A stretch of DNA of 64,000 nucleotides from the human T2T-CHM13v2.0 reference genome, Homo sapiens, in the NCBI RefSeq assembly GCF_009914755.1, contig NC_060948.1, one strand, 5' to 3'. Each line of letters begins with the position of its first letter. Position 1 is the first letter of the stretch. Shown here one piece after another: positions 1 through 10,687 of this stretch. The position numbers and the translations under genes were made by a program. The notes beneath the pieces were generated by a model that did not search any database, was not told the origin of the DNA, and saw only the letters and a program-made list of their open reading frames with translations.

Positions 1-172
1 GGGAATCAAAAGGAATGTAATGGAATGGACTGGACTGGAATGCAATGGACTCGAATAGATTGGAAACGGAATGCAAAGAAATGGAATGGAATAGTATGGA
101 ATGGAATGGAAAGGAATGGAGTGGAATAGACTAGAGTGGAATGGAATGGACTGGAAAGCAATGGACTGGAAT

Positions 173-187
173 GGAACTTTCTTGAAT
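173..187. promoter_or_regulatory. Perfect 3-box heat-shock element motif (HSE-a), repeated in every unit
   Basis: gGAActTTCttGAAt matches nGAAnnTTCnnGAAn. The motif match is direct; HSF1 occupancy is inferred. Confidence 0.55.
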
Positions 188-1650
188 GGACTGGAATCAA
201 ACGGAATGGAATGCAATGCAATCAAATGGCATGGAATAAAATAGAATGAAAGAGAATCAAATGGAATTGAATCGAATGGAATCGAATGGATTGGAAAGGA
301 ATAGAATGGAATGGAATGGAATGGACTCAAATGGAATGGACTAGAATGGAATGGATTCGAATGGAAGGCAAAGGAATGGAATCTATTGGAATGGACTGTA
401 ATGGAATGGAATGGAAGGGATTGGAATGGACTCGAATGGAATGGACTGCAATAGAAAGGATTCGAATGGAATGAAAAAGAATTGAATGGAATAGAACAGA
501 ATGGAATCAAATCGAATGAAATGGAATGGAATAGAAAGTAATGGAATGAAATGGAATGGAAAGGATTCGAATGGAATGCAATCGAATGGAATGGAATCGA
601 ACGGAATGGAATAAAATGGAAGAAAACTGGCAAGAAATGGAATCGAAATGAATGGAGTGTTATGGAACGGACTCAAAAGGAATTGAATGTAATAGAGTGG
701 AGTGGAGTGGACTCGAATATAATGGACTGGAATGGAATGAAATCACATGGAATGGGAACGAATGGAATGGAATGGAAAGGAATGGAATCGAATGGAAAGG
801 AATCGAATGGAAGGGAATGAAATTGAATCAACAGGAATGGAAGGGAATAGAATAGACGGTAATGGAATGGACTCGAATAGAATGGACACGAATGCTGAAA
901 TGGAATGGACTCGAATGGAATGGAAACGAAAGGAATGTCATCGAATGGAATTGAATCGATTGGAATGAAATCGCATAGAATGGAGTGGAATCAAATGGAA
1001 TTGAATCGAAAGGAAAGGAAGCGAATGGACTGAAATGAAATGGAATGGAATTGAATGGAAAGTAACGCAATGGAATAGAATGGAACGAAATTTCACGGAA
1101 TGGAATCAAACTGAATGGAATCAAATCAATGGAATCAAATCAAATGGAATGGAAAGGAATTGAATGGAGTAGATTGGATTGGATGGGATTGGAATGAAAT
1201 GTACTGGAAAGGACTCGAATTTCATGAAACGGAATGGAATGAATTGGAACGGAATGGACTCGAATGGAATGGAATGTCATGGAATGGCATCAAATGGAAT
1301 GGCATCAAATGGAATGGAATCGAATGCAATGGAATGCTATGGAATGGAATGGAATGCATTGGAATGGAATGTCCTCTAATGGAATGGATTCGAGTGGAAT
1401 GGAATCGAATATAATGGAGTCGAATGAAATGGAATTGAAAGGAATGGGATCGAATAGAATGGAATATACTGGAATGTAATGTAATGAACTCGAATGTAAT
1501 TGACTGGAATGGAATGTACATGAATGGAATGTAATCGAATGGAAAGTAATCCAATGGAATAGAATCTAATGCAATAAAACCGACTCAGATAGAGTAGAAT
1601 GTAATGGAATGGAGTGCAGTGCAATGGAAGGGAATGGAATTGAATGCAAT

Positions 1651-1700
1651 GGAATGGAATGGAATGGAATGGAATGGAATGGAATGGAATGGAATGGAAT
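1651..1700 (+). repeat. Pure (GGAAT)10 tract; copy-number-variable site present in each unit
   Basis: Longest uninterrupted GGAAT run in the unit, between GCAAT and GGGATGGAATGGTAT; 7-11 pentamers in the other units. Confidence 0.9.
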
Positions 1701-1929
1701 GGGATGGAATGGTATGGAATGGATAGTAATGGACTGGAGTGAAATGGACTGGAAAGGAATGGACTCAAATTGAAAGGGCTCGAAAGGAATGGAGTCAAAT
1801 GGAATGGTCTGGAATGGAATGAACACGAATGTAATGCAATCCAATAGAATGGAATCGAATGGCATGGAATATAAAGAAATGGAATCGAAGAGAATGGAAA
1901 CAAATGGAATGGAATTGAATGGAATGGAA

Positions 1930-2083
1930 TTGAATGGAATGGGAACGAATGGAGTGAAATTGTATGCAGTAGAAGGGAATAGAATGGAATGCAAGCGAAA
2001 GGAAAGGAATGGATTGGAATGGAATGGAATTCATTGGAATGGAAGGGAATGTAGTGTAATGGACAGGCCTGGAATAAAGTGGA
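1930..2083. other. Segment bounded by the classic DYZ1 sex-typing PCR primer sites (154 bp here)
   Basis: TTGAATGGAATGGGAACGAATGG at 1930-1952 (+) and TCCACTTTATTCCAGGCCTGTCC at 2061-2083 (-). These match the Y1.2/Y1.1 primers as I recall them; not checked against a database. Confidence 0.8.
2027..2070. other. Unit-defining restriction landmarks: EcoRI GAATTC (2027-2032) and StuI/HaeIII AGGCCT (2065-2070)
   Basis: AGGCCT recurs at 2065, 5624, 9178, 12757, 16336, 19900, 23464, 27038, 30601, 34160, 37734, 41303, 44887, 48471, 52035, 55604, 59168 and 62727. This is consistent with the male-specific ~3.4-3.6 kb HaeIII/EcoRI band. Confidence 0.92.
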
Positions 2084-2440
2084 ATGCTACGGTCTCGAAT
2101 GGAATAAAAATGTATGGAATGGAATGCAATGAAACGGAATCGAATGTCATAGAATGTAATGGAATGCAAAAAAATGGAATCCAAAATCATTGACTGGAAA
2201 GGCTGGGTGTCGAAAGGAATTGACTCCAATGGAATGGAATCGAATGGAATGGAAGTGAATAGAATCGAACTAAATCGAATGGAATGGAATTGATAGGAAC
2301 GGAATGGAAAGGAATGCAATGATTTGGCATGGAATGGAATCGAATGGCATCGAATGGAATGGAATGGAATGCAATGGAATGGAATGTATTAGAATGTAAT
2401 GAACTTTAATGGAATGTACTCGAATGGATTCGACTGGAAT

Positions 2441-2455
2441 GGAATGTTCTGGAAG
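2441..2455. promoter_or_regulatory. Perfect 3-box heat-shock element motif (HSE-b), repeated in every unit
   Basis: gGAAtgTTCtgGAAg matches nGAAnnTTCnnGAAn. Confidence 0.55.
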
Positions 2456-2720
2456 TGAATGGACTCCAATGGAATGGATTCAAAAGGAATGGAATCGTAC
2501 GGAATGGAATCTAATGGAATGGAATTAAATGGAAATGAATCAAATTGAATAGCACGGAATTGAATTGAATGGAATGGAATGCAATGGAATCTAATGAAAT
2601 GGAAAGGAAAGGAATGGAATGGAATGGAATGGACTGGAATGGAAAGGAATCGAAACGAATGGAATGGAATCGAACTGAAGAGACTGGAATGGAATGCACT
2701 GGAATGGAAGGGAGTGTAAT

Positions 2721-2735
2721 GGAAGGTTCTCGAAA
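2721..2735. promoter_or_regulatory. Perfect 3-box heat-shock element motif (HSE-c), repeated in every unit
   Basis: gGAAggTTCtcGAAa matches nGAAnnTTCnnGAAn. Confidence 0.55.
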
Positions 2736-3574
2736 AAAATGGAATCGAATGGAATGGAATTGAATGGAACGGAATAGAGTCGAATGGAATTGAATGGAAT
2801 GGAATGGACTAGAGTGAAATGGAATCGAACCACAAGGAATGGACATGAATAGAATGGTCTCGAATTGAATGGAATCGTATGGAATGGCATCAAACGGAAT
2901 GGAATGGACAGCCACGGAATGGAATGCACTCGAATGCAATGGAGTCGAAACTAATGGACTGGAATAGAATGGACTCGACTGGTACGGACTCCAATGGAAT
3001 GGAATCGAATGGAAGGGAATCGAACGGAATGGACTCGAAGGGAAAAGACTGCAATGGAAAGGTCTCGAATGGAATGGAAATTAATGGAATGGAATGGAAT
3101 CGAATGAAATGTAGTCAAAAGGAATGGAATCGTATGGCAAGAAATCGAATGTAATGGAATCACAAGGAATTGATGTGAACGGAACGGAATGGAATGGAAT
3201 CCAAAGGAATGGAATAGAATGGAATGGAATCGAATGGAAAGGACTCGAATGGAAATCACTCGAATAGAATGCAATTTAATAAAATAGGATCAAATGTAAT
3301 GGAATGGAATGAAAAGGAATCGAAACGAAAGGAATGGAGACAGATGGAATGGAATGGAACAGAGAGCAATGGTATAGAATGGAATGGAATCATCTGGAAT
3401 GGAATTGAATGGAATGGAATAATATGAAATGGAATGGAATGGAATGGAATGGAATGCCCTTGAATTAAATGGACTGGAATGGAATGGACTCGAACAGAGT
3501 GGAATGGAAAGTGTTGAGATAGAATGGAATGGACTCCTTTGGAATGGTGTAGTATGCAATGCAATCGACTGGCA

Positions 3575-6500
3575 GGGAATCAAAAGGAATGTAATCGAAT
3601 GGATTGGACTGGAATGCAATGGACTCGAATAGATTGGAAACGGGATGCAAAGGAATGGAATGGAATAGTATGGAATGGAATGGAAAGGAATGGAGTGGAA
3701 TAGACTAGAGTGGAATGGAATGGACTGGAAAGCAATGGACTGGAATGGAACTTTCTTGAATGGACTGGAATCAAACGGAATGGAATGCAATGCAATCAAA
3801 TGGCATGGAATAAAATAGAATGAAAGAGAATCAAATGGAATTGAATCGAATGGAATCGAATGGATTGGAAAGGAATAGAATGGAATGGAATGGAATTGAC
3901 TCAAATGGAATGGACTAGAATGGAATGGATTCGAATGGAAGGCAAAGGAATGGAATCTATTGGAATGGCCTGTAATGGAATGGAATGGAAGGGATTGGAA
4001 TGGACTCGAATGGAATGGACTGCTATAGAAAGGATTCGAATGGAATGAAAAAGAATTGAATGGAATAGAACAGAATGGAATCAAATCGAATGAAATGGAA
4101 TGGAATAGAAAGGAATGGAATGAAATGGAATGGAAAGGATTCGAATGGAATGCAATCGAATGGAATGGAATCGAACGGAATGGAATAAAATGGAAGAAAA
4201 CTGGCAAGAAATGGAATCGAAATGAATGGAGTGTTATGGAACGGACTCAAAAGGAATTGAATGTAATAGAATGGAGTGGAGTGGACTCGAATATAATGGA
4301 CTGGAATGGAATGAAATCACATGGAATGGGAACGAATGGAATGGAATGGAAAGGAATGGAATCGAATGGAAAGGAATCGAATGGAAGGGAATGAAATTGA
4401 ATCAACAGGAATGGAAGGGAATAGAATAGACGGTAATGGAATGGACTCGAATAGAATGGACACGAATGCTCAAATTGAATGGACTCGAATGGAATGGAAA
4501 CGAAAGGAATGTCATCGAATGGAATTGAATCGATTGGAATGAAATCGCACAGAATGGAGTGGAATCAAATGGAATTGAATCGAAAGGAAAGGAAGCGAAT
4601 GGACTGAAATGAAATGGAATGGAATTGAATGGAAAGTAATGCAATGGAATAGAATGGAACGAAATTTCACGGAATGGAATCAAACTGAATGGAATCAAAT
4701 CAATGGAATCAAATCAAATGGAATGGAAAGGAATTGAATGGAGTAGATTGGATTGGATGGGATTGGAATGAAATGTACTGGAAAGGACTCGAATTTCATG
4801 AAACGGAATGGAATGAATTGGAACGGAATGGACTCGAATGGAATGGAATGTCATGGAATGGCATCAAATGGAATGGCATCAAATGGAATGGAATCGAATG
4901 CAATGGAATGCTATGGAATGGAATGGAATGCATTGGAATGGAATGTCCTCTAATGGAATGGATTCGAGTGGAATGGAATCGAATATAATGGAGTCGAATG
5001 AAATGGAATTGAAAGGAATGGGATCGAATACAATGGAATATACTGGAATGTAATGTAATGAACTCGAATGTAATTGACTGGAATGGAATGTACATGAATG
5101 GAATGTAATCGAATGGAAAGTAATCCAATGGAATAGAATCTAATGCAATATAATCGACTCAGATAGAGTAGAATGTAATGGAATGGAGTGCAGTGCAATG
5201 GAATGGAATGGAATGGAATGCAATTGAATGGAATGGAATGGAATGGAATGGAATGGAATGGGATGGAATGGTATGGAATGGATAGTAATGGACTGGAGTG
5301 AAATGGACTGGAAAGGAATGGACTCAAATTGAAAGGGCTCGAAAGGAATGGAGTCAAATGGAATGGTCTGGAATGGAATGAACACGAATGTAATGCAATC
5401 CAATAGAATGGAATCGAATGGCATGGAATATAAAGAAATGGAATCGGAGAGAATGGAAACAAATGGAATGGAATTGAATGGAATGGAATTGAATGGAATG
5501 GGAACGAATGGAGTGAAATTGTATGCAGTAGAAGGGAATAGAATGGAATGCAAGCGAAAGGAAAGGAATGGATTGGAATGGAATGGAATTCATTGGAATG
5601 GAAGGGAATGTAGTGTAATGGACAGGCCTGGAATAAAGTGGAATGCTACGGTCTCGAATGGAATAAAAATGTATGGAATGGAATGCAATGAAACGGAATC
5701 GAATGTCATAGAATGTAATGGAATGCAAAAAAATGGAATCCTAAATCATTGACTGGAAAGGCTGGGTGTCGAAAGGAATTGACTCCAATGGAATGGAATC
5801 GAATGGAATGGAAGTGAATAGAATCGAACTAAATCGAATGGAATGGAATTGATAGGAACGGAATGGAAAGGAATGCAATGATTTGGCATGGAATGGAATC
5901 GAATGGCATCGAATGGAATGGAATGGAATGCAATGGAATGGAATGTATTAGAATGTAATGAACTTTAATGGAATGTACTCGAATGGATTCGACTGGAATG
6001 GAATGTTCTGGAAGTGAATGGACTCCAATGGAATGGATTCAAAAGGAATGGAATCGTACGGAAAGGAATCTAATGGAATGGAATTAAATGGAAATGAATC
6101 AAATTGAATAGCACGGAATTGAATTGAATGGAATGGAATGCAATGGAATCTAATGAAACGGAAAGGAAAGGAATGGAATGGAATGGAATGGGCTGGAATG
6201 GAAAGGAATCGAAACGAATGGAATGGAATCGAACTGAAGAGACTGGAACGGAATGCACTGGAATGGAAGGGAGTGTAATGGAAGGTTCTCGAAAAAAATG
6301 GAATCGAATGGAATGGAATTGAATGGAACGGAATAGAGTCGAATGGAATTGAATGGAATGGAATGGACTAGAGTGAAATGGAATCGAACCACAAGGAATG
6401 GAGAGGAATAGAATGGTCTCGAATTGAATGGAATCGTATGGAATGGCATCAAACGGAATGGAATGGACAGCCACGGAATGGAATGCACTCGAATGCAATG

Positions 6501-7133
6501 GAGTCGAAACTAATGGACTGGAATAGAATGGACTCGACTGGTACGGACTCCAATGGAATGGAATCGAATGGAAGGGAATCGAACGGAATGGACTCGAAGG
6601 GAAAAGACTGCAATGGAAAGGTCTCGAATGGAATGGAAATTAATGGAATGGAATGGAATCGAATGAAATGGAGTCAAAAGGAATGGAATCGAATGGCAAG
6701 AAATCGAATGTAATGGAATCACAAGGAATTGATGTGAACGGAACGGAATGGAATGGAATCCAAAGGAATGGAATAGAATGGAATGGAATCGAATGGAAAG
6801 GACTCGAATGGAAATCACTCGAATAGAATGCAATTTAATAAAATAGGATCAAATGTAATGGAATGGAATGAAAAGGAATCGAAACGAAAGGAATGGAGAC
6901 AGATGGAATGGAATGGAACAGAGAGCAATGGTATAGAATGGAATGGAATCATCTGGAATGGAATTGAATGGAATGGAATAATATGAAATGGAATGGAATG
7001 GAATGGAATGGAATGCCCTTGAATTAAATGGACTGGAATGGAATGGACTCGAACAGAGTGGAATGGAAAGTGTTGAGATAGAATGGAATGGACTCCTTTG
7101 GAATGGTGTAGTATGCAATGCAATCGACTGGCA
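3575..7133 (+). repeat. DYZ1 unit 2 (3559 bp)
   Basis: Homologous ORF anchors 3580 and 7139; extra HaeIII site at 3967. Confidence 0.95.
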
Positions 7134-10100
7134 GGGAATCAAAAGGAATGTAATCGAATGGATTGGACTGGAATGCAATGGACTCGAATAGATTGGAAAC
7201 GGAATGCAAAGGAATGGAATGGAATAGTATGGAATGGAATGGAAAGGAATGGAGTGGAATAGACTAGAGTGGAATGGAATGGACTGGAAAGCAATGGACT
7301 GGAATGGAAGTTTCTTGAATGGACTGGAATCAAACGGAATGGAATGCAATGCAATCAAATGGCATGGAATAAAATAGAATGAAAGAGAATCAAATGGAAT
7401 TGAATCGAATGGAATCGAATGGATTGGAAAGGAATAGAATGGAATGGAATGGAATTGACTCAAATGGAATGGACTAGAATGGAATGGATTCGAATGGAAG
7501 GCAAAGGAATGGAATCTATTGGAATGGACTGTAATGGAATGGAATGGAAGGGATTGGAATGGACTCGAATGGAATGGACTGCAATAGAAAGGATTCGAAT
7601 GGAATGAAAAAGAATTGAATGGAATAGAACAGAATGGAATCAAATCGAATGAAATGGAATGGAATAGAAAGGAATGGAATGAAATGGAATGGAAAGGATT
7701 CGAATGGAATGCAATCGAATGGAATGGAATCGAACGGAATGGAATAAAATGGAAGAAAACTGGCAAGAAATGGAATCGAAATGAATGGAGTGTTATGGAA
7801 CGGAGTCAAAAGGAATTGAATGTAATAGAATGGAGTGGAGTGGACTCGAATATAATGGACTGGAATGGAATGAAATCACATGGAATGGGAACGAATGGAA
7901 TGGAATGGAAAGGAATGGAATCGAATGGAAAGGAATCGAATGGAAGGGAATGAAATTGAATCAACAGGAATGGAAGGGAATAGAATAGACGGTAATGGAA
8001 TGGACTCGAATAGAATGGACAGGAATGCTCAAATTGAATGGACTCGAATGGAATGGAAACGAAATGAATGTCATCGAATGGAATTGAATCGATTGGAATG
8101 AAATCATATAGAATGGAGTGGAATCAAATGGAATTGAATCGAAAGGAAAGGAAACAAATGGACTGAAATGAAATGGAATGGAATTGAATGGAAAGTTATG
8201 TAATGGAATAGAATGGAACGAAATTTCACGGAATGGATTCAAACTGAATGGAATCAAATCAATGGAATCAAATCAAATGGAATGGAAAGGAATTGAATGG
8301 AGTAGATTGGATTGGATGGGATTGGAATGAAATGTACTGGAAAGGACTCGAATTTCATGAAACGGAATGGAATGAATTGGAACGGAACGGACTCGAATGG
8401 AATGGAATGTCATGGAATGGCATCACATGGAATGGCATCAAATGGAATGGAATCGAATGCAATGGAATGCTATGGAATGGAATGGAATGCATTGGAATGG
8501 AATGTCCTCTAATGGAATGGATTCGAGTGGAATGGAATCGAATATAATGGAGTCGAATGAAATGGAATTGAAAGGAATGGGATCGAATAGAATGGAATAT
8601 ACTGGAATGTAATGTAATGAACTCGAATGTAATTGACTGGAATGGAATGTACATGAATGGAATGTAATCGAATGGAAAGTAATCCAATGGAATAGAATCT
8701 AATGCAATAAAATCGACTCAGATAGAGTAGAATGCAATGGAATGGAGTGCAGTGCAATGGAATGGAATGGAATGCAATGGAATGGAATGGAATGGAATGG
8801 AATGGAATGGAATGGAATGGAATGGTGTGGAATGGATAGTAATGGACTGGAGTGAAATGGACTGGAAAGGAATGGACTCAAATTGAAAGGGCTCGAAAGG
8901 AATGGAGTCAAATGGAATGGTCTGGAATGGAATGAACACGAATGTAATGCAATCCAATAGAATGGAATCGAATGGCATGGAATATAAAGAAATGGAATCG
9001 AAGAGAATGGAAACAAATGGAATGGAATTGAGTGGAATCGAATTGAATGGAATGGGAACGAATGGAGTGAAATTGTATGCAGTAGAAGAGAATAGAATGG
9101 AATGCAAGCGAAAGGAAAGGAATGGATTGGAATGGAATGGAATTCATTGGAATGGAAGGGAATGTAGTGTAATGGACAGGCCTGGAATAAAGTGGAATGC
9201 TACGGTCTCGAATGGAATAAAAATGTATGGAATGGAATGCAATGAAACGGAATCGAATGTCATAGAATGTAATGGAATGCAAAAAAATGGAATCCAAAAT
9301 CATTGACTGGAAAGGCTGGGTGTTGAAAGGAATTGACTCCAATGGAATGGAATCGAATGGAATGGAAGTGAATAGAATCGAACTAAATCGAATGGAATGG
9401 AATTGATAGGAACGGAATGGAAAGGAATGCAATGATTTGGCATGGAATGGAATCGAATGGCATCGAATGGAATGGAATGGAATGCAATGGAATGGAATGT
9501 ATTAGAATGTAATGAACTTTAATGGAATGTACTCGAATGGATTCGACTGGAATGGAATGTTCTGGAAGTGAATGGACTCCAATGGAATGGATTCCAAAGG
9601 AATGGAATCGTACGGAATGGAATCTAATGGAATGGAATTAAATGGAAATGAATCAAATTGAATAGCACGGAATTGAATTGAATGAAATGGAATGCAATGG
9701 AATCTAATGAAACGGAAAGGAAAGGAATGGAATGGAATGGAATGGGCTGGAATGGAAAGGAATCGAAACGAATGGAATGGAATCGAACTGAAGAGACTGG
9801 AATGGAATGCACTGGAATGGAAGGGAGTGTAATGGAAGGTTCTCGAAAAAAATGGAATCGAATGGAATGGAATTGAATGGAACGGAATAGAGTCGAATGA
9901 AATTGAATGGAATGGAATGGACTAGAGTGAAATGGAATCGAACCACAAGGAATGGACAGGAATAGAATGGTCTCGAATTGAATGGAATCGTATGGAATGG
10001 CATCAAACGGAATGGAATGGACAGCCACGGAATGGAATGCACTCGAATGCAATGGAGTCGAAACTAATGGACTGGAATAGAATGGACTCGACTGGTACGG

Positions 10101-10687
10101 ACTCCAATGGAATGGAATCGAATGGAAGGGAATCGAACGGAATGGACTCGAAGGGAAAAGACTGCAATGGAAAGGTCTCGAATGGAATGGAAATTAATGG
10201 AATGGAATGGAATCGAATGAAATGGAGTCAAAAGGAATGGAATCGAATGGCAAGAAATCGAATGTAATGGAATCGCAAGGAATTGATGTGAACGGAACGG
10301 AATGGAATGGAATCCAAAGGAATGGAATAGAATGGAATGGAATCGAATGGAAAGGACTCGAATGGAAATCACTCGAATAGAATGCAATTTAATAAAATAG
10401 GATCAAATGGAATGGAATGGAATGGAAAGGAATCGAAACGAAAGGAATGGAGACAGATGGAATGGAATGGAACAGAGAGCAATGCTATAGAATGGAATGG
10501 AATCATCTGGAATGGAATTGAATGGAATGGAATAATATGAAATGGAATGGAATGGAATGGAATGGAATGCCCTTGAATTAAATGGACTGGAATGGAATGG
10601 ACTCCAACAGAGTGGAATGGAAAGTGTTGAGATAGAATGGAATGGACTCCTTTGGAATGGTGTAGTATGCAATGCAATCGACTGGCA
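7134..10687 (+). repeat. DYZ1 unit 3 (3554 bp; most divergent unit)
   Basis: Anchors 7139 and 10693; cluster of private substitutions at 8022-8238. Confidence 0.95.

Larger units (their letters stand above)
1..3574 (+). repeat. DYZ1 unit 1 (3574 bp; unit phase set arbitrarily at GGGAATCAAAAGG)
   Basis: Landmark GGGAATCAAAAGG at 1 and 3575; homologous ORFs start at 6 and 3580. Confidence 0.95.

Noticed and set aside
1651-1720. G-quadruplex or telomere-like repeat
   Set aside because: G-runs are almost all GG, with only isolated GGG and no TTAGGG arrays.
1789-2193. Plus-strand 134-aa ORF and the other MEWNG-type ORFs
   Set aside because: Direct translation of GGAAT repeats in overlapping frames. 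It is freely truncated (122 aa) or frameshifted (167 aa) between units, so there is no sign of coding constraint.
235-3283. Six AATAAA hexamers per unit on the + strand (about 235, 610, 1573, 2073, 2103, 3278) as polyadenylation signals
   Set aside because: AATAAA arises from AATGGA by two G>A changes in an A-rich strand, and I see no clear downstream GU/U-rich elements. 3'-end sequencing would be needed to support any of them.
3290-4207. Long minus-strand ORF (305-318 aa) repeated in most units
   Set aside because: The ATTCC strand is naturally stop-poor and translates to FHSIP repeats. The start is TTG, not ATG. Its length changes with 5-bp frameshifting indels, and it has no recognisable domain.
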